In this document: positions 13,155-25,974 of the stretch, in pieces
How positions within the stretch are numbered: position 1 is the first letter of the stretch
How the letters are laid out: each line of letters starts with the position of its first letter
Assembly (NCBI RefSeq): GCF_004010195.1
Contig: NC_057718.1
Coordinates: 86,020,683 to 86,084,682 of the forward strand
Direction: 5' to 3'
Source: Chiloscyllium plagiosum
Taxonomy: Eukaryota
DNA length: 64,000 nt
Program-made: the position numbers and the translations under genes
The notes under the pieces: model-generated
Database searches by the model: none
Seen by the model: only the letters and a program-made list of their open reading frames with translations
What the model was told of the DNA's origin: nothing

Positions 13155-15140
13155 AAAATGAGGACTACAGATGCTGGAGATCAGAGTCAAAAAGTGTGGT
13201 GCTGGAGAAGCACAGCCCATTAGGAAGCATCCAAAGAGCAGGAGAGTCAATGTTTTGGGCATAAGCCCTTCATCAGGAATGTGGGGTGGGGTGGGGGGAT
13301 GCCCAAGGGGTCTGAAAGATAAATAGTAGGGCTGTAGGGGAAGGTCGCTGGGAAGGTGATAGGTGGATGCAGGTGCGGGGTGATGGGGATAGGTTGTGGT
13401 GGAAGTTGGACCGGACAGGTGGGAAGAAAAATGGACCAGTGGGAGTGCTGTGCCACCTCGAGGGTTGGTTCTGGGATAAGTTGGGGGGAGGGGATATGAG
13501 GAAACTGGTGAAATCTACATTGATCCCGTGTGGTTTGAGGGTCCCAGGGCAGAAGATGAGGCATTCTTCCTCCAGACATCGTGTGGTTAGGATTTGGCGG
13601 CGGAGGAGGCCCAGGACTTGCATGTCTTTGTGGAGTGTCAGGGGATGTTGAAGTGGTCGGCCACAGAGCGGTGGGTTGTTACATGCGTGTGTACCAGAGA
13701 TATTCTCTGAAACATTTCGTAAGTTGGCATCCTGTCTCCCCAGTGTAGAGGAGACCACGTCAGGAGTAACAGATAAAGTAGATCACGTGTTTGGATGTGC
13801 AGGAAAATGTTTCCCAGATGTGTAAGAACCCTTTAGGTCCTTGGACAAAGGTACAGAGAGAGGTGTGGGTGCAGGTTTTACATCTCTTGCACTGGAAAGA
13901 GAAGGTGCCGGGAGTGGAGGGTTGGTTGGTGGAGGGTGTGGACTAAATGAGGGCATCGTGGAGGGAATAGTCTCTGCAGATTGCTGAAAGGGGTGAGGAG
14001 GGAAATTTATCTCTGGAGGTGGGGTCTGACTGTAGGTGGTAGAAATGGTGGAGGATGATGTGTCGTATCTAGAAGTTGGTGGGGTGGAAGGTGAGGACCT
14101 GGAGGTGGGTGGGGGGTGTTCTACCCCTGTTGCAGTTGGAGGGGTGGGGTTCAAGGGCGGAGGTGCAGGAAGTGGAGAAGATGCGCTGGAGGGCATTGTT
14201 GAACACGCGGGAGGGGAAATTGCAGTCCTTGAAGTAGGAGACCATCTGGGATGTTCTGGAGGGGAATTGCTCTTCCTAGGAGGTGGAGGAATTGGGAGCA
14301 GGGGGTAGCTGCAGGTCGCTGTGGGAGTTGATGGGTTTGAAGTAGATGTCTGTGTTGAGTCAGTCACTGCAAATGGAGATGGAGAGGCCCAGGAAAGGGA
14401 GGGAGGTGTCCGAGATGGTCCAGATTAACTTGAGGTCAGGGTGGAAGGTATTCATGAGGTTGATGAACAGTTCAACTTCCTCGTGGGAGCACGAGGTAAC
14501 ACCGATACAGTCATCAATGTAACGGAGGAAAAAATGTGGAATAGTGCCTGTGTAAGTACAGAACATAGACTGTTCCACGTATCTGATGAAGCGGCGGGCA
14601 TGGCTGGGGCCCATGTGGGAACCCATGGCTACCCCTTGGCTCTGAAGGAAGTGGGAGGATTCGAAGGAGAAGTTGTTGAGGATAAGGACCAATTTCACCA
14701 ATCGAATGAATGTGTTGGTGGAGGGGGGGTGGTTGGGTCGACAGGAGATGAAGAAACGGAGGACTTGGAGGCCTTGGTCATGGCAGATGGGAGTGTCAAG
14801 GGAATGGATGTCTATGGTGAAGATGAGGCATTCAGGGCTGAGGTATCAAAAGTAATAGAGGAGGTGGAGGGCTTGAGTGGTCTCCTGAATATTTGTGGGG
14901 AGCTCCTGGACCAAGGAGTCAGGATGGTGTCAAGGTATGAGGAGATAAGTTCGGTGGGGCAGGAGTAGACGGAGATGATGGGTCTACCGGGGCAGTTAGG
15001 TTGGTGAATTTTGGGTAAGAAGTAGAACTGGGTGGTGCGGGGCTCCTGGACTATGAGGTTGGAGGCTATGGGTGGGAGATCCCCTGAGGTGATGAGATTG
15101 TGGATGGTTTGGGAGATGATAGTTTGGTGATGAGAGGTGA
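13155..15140 (-). mobile_element. Penelope-like retroelement (RT + GIY-YIG + terminal repeat), frameshifted
   Basis: ORFs 14812..15216 (FYFLPKIH..PGRPIIS), 14360..14701 (NNFSFES..QGVAMGSHMGP..FLRYIDDC..LPFL) and 13273..13758 (MQVLGL..RCLEEE.LIF..L.PHGINVDF); degenerate hammerhead motif at about 13248-13280. Confidence 0.9.
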
Positions 15141-15144
15141 AGTC

Positions 15145-15616
15145 CATAAGACCATAAGACCATAAGACATAGGAGTGGAAGTAAGGCCATTCGGCCCATT
15201 GAGTCCACTCTGCCATTCAATCACTGCTGATGCGCATTTCAGCTCCACTTACCAGCGTTCTCCCCGTAGCCCTTAATTCCTCTAGACAACAAGAATCTAT
15301 CAATTTCGGCCTTGAAGACATTTAGCGTCCCGGCTTCCACTGCAATGAATTCCACAGGCCCACCACTCTCTGGCTGAAGAAATGTCTCCGCATTTCTGTT
15401 CTGAAATGACTCCCTCTAATTCTAAGGCTGTGTCCACGGGTCCTAGTCTCCTCGTTTAACTGAAACAATTTCCTAGCATCCACCTTTTCCAAGCCATGTA
15501 TTATTTTGTACGTCTCTATTAAGTCTCCCCTCAATCTTCTAAACTCCAATGAATACAATCCCAGTATCCTCAGCCGTTCCTCATATGTTAGACCTGTCAT
15601 TCCAGGGATCATCCGT
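15145..15616 (-). mobile_element. CR1-type LINE 3' end inserted into the Penelope element
   Basis: ORF 15322..15612 (YEERLRILGLYSLEFRRLRGDLIETYK); (CCATAAGA)n tail; flanked by direct repeat GTGAAGTC (15137-15144, 15617-15624). Confidence 0.9.
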
Positions 15617-15719
15617 GTGAAGTCGTGGTTAAGGTTGGAGGGGTGTCTTCAGCTGAGCATGCCATAAAGGAAGGAATTCTAGAAAAGTTAAAGTCAATGG
15701 GATCCTGAGGAAATAAGAT

Positions 15720-16720
15720 CTCCACTGGTTGGAATAATACTTAGAACAAAGGAGATAGGTTGGGCTTGTTGTAGGTCAATCAACTTGGTCCCAAGAGACA
15801 GCTGCAGGAGACCCTCAGAGTATTGTCCCACATCCAACCATCTTCAACTGTGTTATCAATGACCTCCTTTCCATTATCCGGTCAGGAGTGACAATAGTTG
15901 TTGCACAATTATCATTGTTCTGGTCAATCCATGGCTCCATTGGCTTTGAATCAGGTCATGTCTAAATGCGGCCAGACCCAGAAAACGTTCAGGCTTGGCC
16001 TCTAAGTGACAAGTTAAACTTGCAGCACAGAAGTGGGAGGCTGTGATCATCTCCAGTAAGAGAACATCAAAGTATTGCCCTTCACATTAACTGGCATCAG
16101 CATCACTGATTCCTCCATTATCAACATCCTGTGGATTACCATTGGCTACAAATTTCACTGGACCAGGTGGACAAATGCTGTGTGTTTGAGAGCAGGTCAA
16201 TGGTTGGAAATCCTGCTGTGAGTCGCTCACCTCATGGAATGTCCATTCACAACCTACTGGTACAATTCAGGAGTGTGATGGAACACTGTCCACTTGTCTG
16301 GATGAGGGCAGCTCCAGAAGCACTCAGGGCTAAGCAGCCCACATGATTGACAATCCATCCACCACGTTCAGCATTTACTCCCTTACAAATGCACTGCAGC
16401 AGCAGTGTGGACCATCTCCAAGATACATGGCAACAACTCACCAGAGCTCCTGAGAAAGCACTTTCCAAACTCATGACCTCCACCACTCAGAAGGACAGGA
16501 ACAGCACAACCTGTAGATTCCCCTCCAACCTATAACAAACTCGACTCAGACATAGACCACTGATCTTTCTCTGCGGTTGAGTCAAAATCCTGGAAATCCG
16601 TTCCTGCCTAAACCTGCATTGGCTGCCGCAGTTCAAGAAGGCAACTCCTCACCACGTTCTCATGAATGATTCGAGATGGGCAATAAATGCTCATCCAGAC
16701 ATCGAGCATTACATCCTCAT
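15720..16720 (+). mobile_element. Old CR1/L2-superfamily LINE (second family), RT to 3' end
   Basis: VQFRSVMEHCPLVW peptide and 3' end GCAGTTCAAGAAGGCA..GGGCAATAAATGCT shared with 41256-42245, 53220-53370 and 57950-59487. Confidence 0.6.
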
Positions 16721-17699
16721 GAAGAATAATGTTAAAATACTGTGGTTCTTCCCAGGGTGCAACGAGCTTTCGGATGTTCGAAAGTTGCAACAGGCTTTAC
16801 ATAATTTGTAGACGGAATGCCATTCATTGACCTGAGGAAGCTATCATTTCAACTGCAGTGAAAATGTGTCTTACCTCTTTGCTTCAAAGGTGAAAATTAC
16901 ACCCAAGTACAACGCGTCCTCACTGAAACTTGGAAATAATTGAAACAGTTTCTGGAAATCAATAAGTACTTACTTATCGAGGATTTAATTCCTGAAATAA
17001 ATTAAATGCAAAGTTATTGTTAGGAGCAGATAGATGCATGTTCAAATAGTGGAGAGACTGCAGCTAAAATAAGGAGAAATGTCGAGGGATGTGAAGGATC
17101 AACAGTCTCTGAAATAAAAATGTAAATGTATGAGGATGCAGCAAATACTACACCAACAAAGTAGTTAAACCAGCAACAGGTTACAATAACTCACACAGAA
17201 CTCCAGTGACTCCAAGGATGGGATAGAAAATGGGTTCAATATCAATGAGCAGAAACATTAGATCCACCAGATTCATGTTGAGTGGTGAATTCGAGTGCCC
17301 TTCAGCATCAAACAGGTTTCATTAACACTCTGAGCTCACTCAGTCAGTGAAGCCATTTATGAATCCAGGTGAGTGACACTCACTGAGCCCAGGAGGCTTA
17401 TGTAACCATTGTAATTAGTTCCAGCCACTGGAGCAAACAGATTACATCACTGAGTATAATGTATAGCGGTGAAGAAAAACAGAACTGATTTACTGACACT
17501 TGATAAACCACAGCCCAAGCAGTGGAGTAGAAACATGAAATTATGGAACTGGCAGCAGGAAAATGACCACTGAACTTCTCAGACCTGCCCTGGCTCCTGT
17601 CAGAATGATCCACTCACACCCATTTCTCTCACTCCTTTCCCTGTGAGAAACATTTCATGTATTCTGTTTCCTGTTGGATGCTGCAGAGTCTCACAACTA

Positions 17700-17925
17700 G
17701 TCCAAAGATGTGCAGGTTTGATGGATTGGCCTTGCTAAGTTGCCCATAATGTACAGGGATATGGAGGTTCAATGGATTAGCCATGGGAAATGCAAGGTTA
17801 CAGGGTGAGTGGGGGGGTGGGGGGCGGGGGGGTGTATGTTTGGATGGGATTCTTTTCAGACAGTCAGTGTGGATTTGATGGGCCAAATGGCCCGATTCCA
17901 CACTGTAGGGGTTTTATGATTCTGT
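17700..17925 (+). mobile_element. SINE body/3' part (same family as 52689-53020)
   Basis: TCCAAAGATGTGCAGGTT..TTGCCCATA..GGGCCAAATGGCC..TGTAGGG..TATGATTCT. Confidence 0.65.
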
Positions 17926-18712
17926 GAAGTCTTTCTGTGTGTGGTCATGTGTGTGCGTGGTTATAATGTTGCAGACTTAGACCTGCACAAGATTACTAAG
18001 TCCACATTTGTAATGNNNNNNNNNNNNNNNNNNNNNNNNNNNNNNNNNNNNNNNNNNNNNNNNNNNNNNNNNNNNNNNNNNNNNNNNNNNNNNNNNNNNN
18101 NNNNNNNNNNNNNNNNNNNNNNNNNNNNNNNNNNNNNNNNNNNNNNNNNNNNNNNNNNNNNNNNNNNNNNNNNNNNNNNNNNNNNNNNNNNNNNNNNNNN
18201 NNNNNNNNNNNNNNNNNNNNNNNNNNNNNNNNNNNNNNNNNNNNNNNNNNNNNNNNNNNNNNNNNNNNNNNNNNNNNNNNNNNNNNNNNNNNNNNNNNNN
18301 NNNNNNNNNNNNNNNNNNNNNNNNNNNNNNNNNNNNNNNNNNNNNNNNNNNNNNNNNNNNNNNNNNNNNNNNNNNNNNNNNNNNNNNNNNNNNNNNNNNN
18401 NNNNNNNNNNNNNNNNNNNNNNNNNNNNNNNNNNNNNNNNNNNNNNNNNNNNNNNNNNNNNNNNNNNNNNNNNNNNNNNNNNNNNNNNNNNNNNNNNNNN
18501 NNNNNNNNNNNNNNNAGTGGGAATATTCCGGATAACTACAAACCAGTGAGCCTGACGCCGGTGGTGGGGAAGTTGTTGGAGAGGGTACTGAGGGATAGGA
18601 TCTAATTATATTTAGAAAAGAATGGGCTTATCAGTGATAGGCAACATGATTTTGTGTGGGAGAGATCGTGCCTTACAAACTTAATAGAGTTCTTCGAGGG
18701 GAAGTATCTTCT

Positions 18713-18934
18713 AGGAGAAAGTGAGGACTGCAGATGCTGGAGATCAGAGCTGAAAACGTGTTGCTGGAAAAGCACAGCAGGTCAGGCAGCATCCAAGGAG
18801 CAGGAGAATAAACGTTTCGGGCATGAGCCCTTCTTCAGGAATCCTGAAGAAGGGCTCATGCCCGAAACATCGATTCTCCTGCTCCTTGGATGCTGCCTGA
18901 TTTGCTGCGCTTTTCCAGCAACACATTTTCAGCT
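18713..18934. mobile_element. Palindromic Penelope-derived short insertion (family A) inside CR1
   Basis: 93-nt inverted arms 18748-18840 and 18842-18934 around centre 18841; each arm is the Penelope terminal sequence. Confidence 0.85.
18838..18877 (+). ncRNA. Minimal type I hammerhead ribozyme-like motif
   Basis: Stem I GGAAUC/GAUUCU; core CUGAAGA (18844-18850) plus A; stem II GGGC-UCAU-GCCC; GAAA; CAUC (ACGUC palindromic in sister copies). A mirror motif lies on the - strand. Confidence 0.65.
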
Positions 18935-20294
18935 TCATCGAGGAAGGAACCAAGTTGATAGATGAAGGAAGGGCTGCTGATGTCATATACATAGACTTTA
19001 GTAAGGTGTTTGATAAGGCTCCTCATTGTAGACTAATGGAGAAAGTGAAGTCACATGGTGTGCAGGGTGTTCTAGCTAGGTGGATAAAGAACTGGTTGAG
19101 CAACAGGAGACAGAGACTAGTAGTTGAAGGGAGTTTCTCCAAATGTCAAAAGGTGACCAGTGGTGTTCCACAGGGGTCAGTATTTAGGCCACTGTTGTTT
19201 GTAATATACGTAAATGATTCGGAAGAGGGCACTGTTGGTTCGATCAGCAAGTTTGCAGATGACACACAGATTGCTGGAGTAGCAGAAAGCATAAGGGACT
19301 GTCGCAGAATACAGGAGGATATAGATAGACTGGAGAGTTGGGTGGAAAAGTGGCAGATGGTTTTCAATCCAGGCAAATGTGAGGTGATGCATTTAGGCAA
19401 GACTAATTCTAGAGCGAATTATACAATGAATGGAAGAGCCTTGGGAAAAATGGATGGACAAAGAGATGTGGGAGTGCAGGTCCATTGTACCCTGAAGGTT
19501 GCTGCACAGGTGGATAGAGGGTCAAGAGGGCATATAGTATGCTTGCCTTCATTGGACGGGGTATTGAGATTTAGAGCTGGCAAGTCATGTAAAAATTGTA
19601 CAAGACATTGGTTCGGCCGCATTTGGCATACTGTGTACAGTTCTGGGCGCCACATTACCAAAAGGATGTGGATGCTTTGGAGAGAGTGCAGAGAGTCTGG
19701 TATGGAAGGTGCTAGCTATGAAGAGAGGTTGAGTAGGTTAGGTTTATTTTCACTATAAAAAATGAGATTGAGGGGGGACCTGATTGAGGTTTACAAAATC
19801 ATGAAGGGTATAGATAGGGTGGACAGAGACAAGTTTTTTCCCAGGGTGAAGGATTCAATATCGAGAGGTCACGCTTTCAAGGTGAGAGGTGGAAAGTTCA
19901 AGGGGGATACATGCGGCAAGTACTTCACACAGAGGGTGGTGGGCGTTTGGAACGCGTTGCCAGCAGAGGTGGCAGAGGCAGGCACGGTAGATTCATTTAA
20001 GATGCGTCTGGACAGATGTATGAGTAGATGGGGAGCAGAGGGATACAGGTGCTTAGGAATTGACCGACAGGTTTAGACAGTACATTTGGATCGGCTCAGG
20101 CTTGGAGGGCCGAAGGGCTTGTTCCTGGGCTGTAGATTTTCTTTGTTCTTTAGGTTCATAAACTTGAACCAGGGAACAATTTCTTACACAGTTACACAGC
20201 TCACCCGAGACTGACCCAAAGCTCCCGCTCAAGGTCACCTGACACATTCACTAAAATGGTCGGCAAGCAACTCCGATTACATACATAACATGCC

Positions 20295-21380
20295 CAACCC
20301 TCATCAATCATTTTCATCACTTCCTCAAATAAATTTAACCAAGTTTGTGAGGCAAGAATTCCTCTGCAGAAAGCCATGTTGACTATCCTTAACAAGCCCT
20401 TTCCTTTCCAAATGCAAGTAAATGCTGTCCCTAAAGAATCTTCTCCAATAATTTCCCTATCACTGATCTAAGGTTGACCAGCCTATAGTTTTTCAGAAGA
20501 TCCCTGTAGCGCCTTCTTAAATCAAGGAACAACATTGACTATTCTCCAGTCTCCTGGGACTTTGCCTGTATTTAAAGAGGACACAAAGGTCTCTGTCCAG
20601 GCCCCAGCAATCTCCTGCCTTGCCTCCCTCAGTAACATGGGATAAATCCCATCTGGTTCTGGGGACTTAGCTACCTTAATTTTTTTTCAAGACACTTCTT
20701 CCTCCTTAATATCGACATGTCCTGGTGTTTTTCTGCCAGTTCTTCCTTTTGTTCCTTAACAAGCCTGCACCAATTTCTGATCCTTTTATAGACCCACTAT
20801 TTATTGTCCATGTGCAGTGTCTATCCCTCTGTTTACCTCCTGTTCATGTTTCTATCTAGATATACCTTAAACATTGCTAATGTGTCTGATTCCTAAACCT
20901 CCACTGGCCATTCCAGGCACCCACCAGCCTCTGTGTGAAAACCTTTCACTGCATTTCTCTGGTAAACTTTCCTCCTCTCACTTTGGACCTGTGCTTATTT
21001 CGAGTTGACCTTTCCAACCTGAAAATAAAGCCTATTCTCTCATCATTATGAAGCCCTCTCTCAGGTCACCCCTCAGCTTCTGCCTTTCCAGTGAAAACCT
21101 TTCAAGTTTATCTAACTTCTCCTCATAACCAAAACCCTCCAGACCAGGCAACATCCTGGGAAGCCTTCTCTGCACCCTCTCCATAGCAACCATGTCCTTC
21201 TGATAACATGGCAACCAGAACTGCATCACAAGATTCCAAATGTGTCCGAACTAAAGCTGTACCATAACTTGCCAACTTTTATATTTGATGCTGCGGCCAA
21301 TGAAGACAAGCGTGCTGTATTCCTCCTTGACCACCTGATCCACCTGTATTGCTGCTTACAGGGATCTGTGGACCTGCACG
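20295..21380 (-). mobile_element. CR1-type LINE fragments
   Basis: ORFs 20201..20395 (NLFEEVMKMIDEG) and 21032..21229 (QFWLP..MERVQRR..YEEKL..LRGDL). Confidence 0.75.
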
Positions 21381-21914
21381 TGACTTTCTATAACTTGGTT
21401 GGTTCCCTCTCAGGCAGGTCTCACTGAGATTAAAAATGTAATAGACTCATTGTGCTCACACACTGGGCTGTGCGTAACCTCTCCCTGACAGCTCTGCAGA
21501 CTGACTTCACCTTAACTCCCTGCTCCTTACGTGATTGCTGTTAGACCTGGTGTCTTTTTCTGAGCAAAATACTCTCTGTTTGTAGATTCAAAAGACATGT
21601 ACATGGGTTCACATAATCTTTAAAAAAGTGATGTTTGGGTTAGATCTCATTATAAAAATGTCATAGAGTCATAGAGAATGGAAACAGACCCTTCAGCCCA
21701 GCTTATTCATGCAAACCATGCACAATGGCTGGGTTATTACCGGTGAAAAGCCTCTGACTCTCACCAGCCTCTTACCTGGTCTCTAAAAACCTCCAGCTGA
21801 ACTCTAGACTGACAGCCAATGGCTTTCCAGTCCTGGGACTGTTCAACTGTGGAACCTCCCGCTCCATTGGAGTCAGGATTATCATCTTGGCCACCACTCC
21901 CCTGTCCTCACTGC

Positions 21915-22795
21915 CCATAGAGTCATAGAGTCATACAGCATGGAAACAGACCCTTCGGTCCAACTCATCCATGCTGACCAAGCATCCAAACATAAACTAG
22001 TCCCATTTGTCTGCAGCTGTTCCATATCCCTCTAAACCTTTCCCATTTCCGTATCTGTCCAAATATTTTTTTAAAGGAGTAGCTGTACCCGCATCCACCA
22101 ATTCCTTGGGCAGTTTGTTCCACATTTGAACCACACTGTATGAAAACATTGCCCCTCAGGTATCTCTCAAATCTTTCTCCTTGCATCTTAAACCTATGCC
22201 CTCTAGTTTTGAATTCCCCAACCCGAGGGAAAAGCCTTGCTGTTCACCTTTTCCATGCCCCTCACAATTTCATAAACTCCAATTGGGTCTCTCCTCAACC
22301 TCCTTCTGCTCCAGTGAAATAAGTCCCAGCTTATGCAGCCTCTTCTTATAACTTAAACCCTCCAGTCCCGAGAAGATCCTTATAAATGTTTACTGTACCC
22401 TCTCCACCTGAATAACATTCTTCCTACAGCAGGGCAACTTGAACAGTCCACATTACTTCAAGAATGGTCTCACCAATGTCCTAGACAACTACAACATGAC
22501 AGCCCAATTCCTTTGCATAACGGTCTGAGCAATGAAGACAAGTGTGCCAAGAGCCTTCTTTACCCCTCTGTCTACCTGTGACACAACTTTCAAAGAACTA
22601 CATACCTGAACCCCGAGGTCTCTCTGTTCTACACCAATCCCCAGGGCCCCACCATTCACTGTGTAAGTCCAGCTCTTGTCTGCCTTCCCAAAATGCAACA
22701 CCTTCCACTTATCTAAATTAAAGTTGATCTGCCGTTCCTTGTTCCACTGCCAGGTTGATCAAGTTCTGTTGTGCTCTTGGATAACCTGCTTCACT
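21915..22795 (-). mobile_element. CR1-type LINE 3' portion
   Basis: (CATAGAGT)n tail; ORF 22489..22701 (LHFGKA..EQRDLGVQV..SLKV). Confidence 0.8.
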
Positions 22796-22799
22796 GTTC

Positions 22800-23396
22800 A
22801 TTCTTGGAGTTTTTGGTTGGACTTCAGTTCCATGCTCCTGATCTTTGGGCACCTGGCATAGAGGGGGAGGGCAGGTCTGAGGGCCTCCTCGTGGGTCTGC
22901 TCCTGGGCCTGGCCAAACTGGCCATAAACAGGTCCAGGCAGCGGGCCGTGGAGGGGGTCGTTAGGGCCGACTGCCTGTCCCTCTTCCGCGATTACGTTAG
23001 AGCCCGGGTGTCTCTGGAGAGGGAGCACGCGGTGGCCACCAACACCCTGGAGTTGTTCAGGGAGAGGTGGACACCGCAGGGAGTGGAGTGCATTATTTCC
23101 CCCTCCAATTCCATTTTGATTTAATCCCTGCCCTCCCCTTCACTGTTTGATCACACAGCACTGCCCTTTGATGGGAAGGGCACTGCTTGTCACTGGCCAC
23201 CCTGGTGTTTCCTTTCTTCCTGGTGGTGGGAATTGAATAAAGATTTGTACACCTGTTGCCATTCACTGTGTCTCACACCTGCACACACACAACATGGGTG
23301 CAGGGGAAAATATAAGCAGTACCACAGTTTAAGCGACAGCGTGGGGGTAAAGGGGGAAAAAAACAAACAAAAAAAGACCCTTTGCCTGCCAACAAC
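22800..23396 (+). mobile_element. L1/Tx1-like LINE 3' end
   Basis: ORF 22771..23124 GLLLGLAKLAINRSRQ..LFRDYVRARVSLE..FRERW resembles a Tx1 ORF2 C-terminus; followed by AATAAA and an A-rich tail at about 23355-23375. GC-rich and little decayed. Confidence 0.7.
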
Positions 23397-23456
23397 AATG
23401 TGATTGGTTGTCAGGGAGCTGAGCAGCTTCAATTGTGGATAAAGCAGAGAGAAGCT

Positions 23457-23625
23457 TTGATTTAGAGGAGCCGGTGTTGGACTGGGATGAACAAAGTTAG
23501 AAATCACACAACACCAGGTTATCGTGCTGGTTGTCACAAGCACCTGATGAAGAAACAGTGCTTCGAAAACCAGTGCTTCCAGATAAATGTGTTGGACTTT
23601 AACCTGGTGCTGTGTGATTTTTAAC
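23457..23625. mobile_element. Penelope-type short inverted-repeat insertion (family B) with hammerhead motif
   Basis: GTTAGAAATCACACAACACCAGGTTA ... AACCTGGTGCTGTGTGATTTTTAAC inverted ends; CAC-CTGATGA-A-stem-GAAA..GTG at 23541-23575. Confidence 0.7.
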
Positions 23626-24659
23626 AGGGAGAAGCTTGTCAGACCAGAAGAGAAACAAATAGATCTGCAGCAGCCCAAAGCTCTCTCTCTCTCTCAGTTC
23701 TCAGGAACAGGAAGGTGGAGGAGAAACCTTCAGATCAACGTGAGCCAATCCAATGGGCCTTGGGAACGAAAACTACAGAACTGTTTTTTTTCCCGTTTTC
23801 CTTGTATCCGTATGATTCTTTCTCCCCGTTTATGATTGGCTGCCTGTCTATGTATAAGTTTCCAAGGGGTCCGAATTTAATTTGTAGAGTTTACTGAATT
23901 TAGTTGAATTATTCCCTTGCTGCGAGAAACTGATGACCTGTAATAAATAATGATTTCCTGCTCAGTAAAGTAACCTGGTCTGTGACTTCTGTCAACCTGT
24001 ATCTGAAAATCAGGTAGTTTTGGGAATTTGTGTATTTTGGTTTAAACCCTCATCTTTTGTGACAACCCCAGAATAGCAAAACTTGATTTCCAGTCCATTA
24101 CCATGGTGTGGCATGATAAAAGGCTTATTGACAAAGTGTGGCGTTATGGTCCATTGTCAAAGATGATTACATCTGGAACCCCACTCATGATTTTTAAAGT
24201 TAAAAATCACACAACACCAGGTTATAGTCCAACAATTTATTTGGCTATCACAGTCGGTGAGAATATTTGATTGTGTTTCTGTAGTTGAAAGCATCAGAAA
24301 TAATAGGAGATTGCAACAAGGAAGACCAGCCTCTGACCCTGAGAGAGATCAATGCCAAGACATTCCCAATGTTTGTCTGGAAAAGAGCAGGGTCAAAAAT
24401 GTTCTTTCCTCTCCTGTCCATGAATGGCACAGATGGAGATTACTGTCTTGCGGGACCAGGGCATTTCAGGTCATTATTCCTGTTGCTGTGCTCTCTCCCA
24501 GTACTTGGAAATACCCAGCTGTATTTGAGTACACTCTCTGTTGAATGTCCTGAAAGAGACACCAACCCCTTATTGTTCACCAAAAGGTCATTAGGAATAC
24601 TGATATGACTGTGCTGTTCAAAATACTCCTGTTGTATTAGGTTTTTAGGAATACACCCA

Positions 24660-25150
24660 CATATCTATATCCCTTTTTAGTCTCCCTCCATCCACTTCAT
24701 AAATTACTTTCCAGCCCATCTTTCTGCCATCAGCAAATGTCGATACTATATCCTCATTCACTTCATACATTTCAATACACTTCATATACTTTTTCATTTT
24801 CATACACTTCAAACACTTCATTTATTTGCAATTTAAACAGTTGAAGCATCAGTACTGATCCCTGTCGTACACCACTTATTTTATCTTGCCATCTAGAAAA
24901 TGATCCACTTCTGCCAACTGTCTGTTTCATGTTATCTTGCTAATCGTCTATCCATGTCAATATATTGCCTCTTTAAAGATGAAGCTTTGTTTTCCACAAT
25001 ACCCTTTGACATGGCAGTTTATCAAATGCTTTCTGAAAATCTAGACAGAGGATATCACCTTTTATCTATAGTACATGGTGCTTTTTCAAAGAACTGCAAT
25101 ATATTGGGGAAACACAATGTCCTTTACACAAAACCATGTTGACTCTGCCA
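24660..25150 (-). mobile_element. Decayed CR1-type RT fragment
   Basis: AGTACTGATCCCTG (GSVL), TTTATCAAATGCTTTCTGAAAATCTA (LDFQKAFDK) and ACAAAACCATGTTG (QHGF) on the reverse strand. Confidence 0.7.
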
Positions 25151-25199
25151 TACAGCCAATGTTCCAGTTTTAAGTTGCTTGCTCTAATGGCTTTGAGAG

Positions 25200-25970
25200 C
25201 AGACTGCTCGGTTCTCTGTCTCAACCTTTCTTCACAACAATAACAGGACAAAAGACAATTCTTAAAGCCATAGTATTACCATACTCCCCATTCCCCCCCC
25301 CCCCGCCACTTAAAGAGAAATGAACCATCAATATGCAATGATGGCTTCATGTTGTAATTCAGCTAATTTCTGCAAACTAAAAATATCCATTTTGTCCTCC
25401 AACTGCTCTTGTTTCTTTTCTCAACCATTTGATCAAACATAGTGCCTGATACTTAAACTTAAACTTCTTTATCTTTAATCCTTGATTTCTCCTCCTGCTT
25501 CAGCCAGTGACTTTGTCACCTTGTCACCACACAGTCAGGAAAAATCCCAGAATGTACTTCCTGTAACCCTCAGTTGTTTGATTTTCCACTGGCTTTTCAA
25601 CCACACTAGGCTTCACCCTACCTGTGATCCAGCTGTATCATTGCCAAAGATAAACTATATCTCTCTATTACTCCTACCACCACTTCACCATTTTTCACTG
25701 GTCTCTCCAACCTCACTTTATAGAACAAAACACTGTTTTCCCACCATGAATTTTGCATATTACCACTTCTTTTTTGGCAATACTCCTTCTGAATTACGTA
25801 TCTCCTCATCTCTCAACATCAAAGTTTAACTTGCTCCCATATCTTAATTCCTTTACCTGGTCCTCCTGGCATTCATGAGTGAACTTGAGCCACACAAGTG
25901 AATTCTTTAAAGCGATCTGGCACATTGGTCTCAATCAACTCCGAATCAGATTATCCGTTTTTTGCAACTT
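25200..25970 (-). mobile_element. Gypsy fragment (same family as 27880-32630)
   Basis: 25360-25830 is homologous to 29880-30360 and 47935-48380; purine/G-rich PPT-like tract at about 25285-25320 on -. Confidence 0.65.
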
Positions 25971-25974
25971 GTTG

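Larger units (their letters stand above)
18516..20152 (+). mobile_element. CR1-type LINE ORF2 (RT) to 3' tail
   Basis: ORF 18955..19758 (YIDFSKVFDK..SGVPQGSV..KFADDT) and 19762..20076; TTCTTTG tail. Confidence 0.9.

Noticed and set aside
13783..14968. Pro/Ser/Thr-rich and Gly/Glu-rich ORFs
   Set aside because: Alternative-frame and antisense readings of the C-rich Penelope coding strand.
17941..18549. Long ORFs spanning N runs (also 46823-47520, 56690-57520, 59313-59877, 62323-62693)
   Set aside because: Length is an artefact of assembly gaps.
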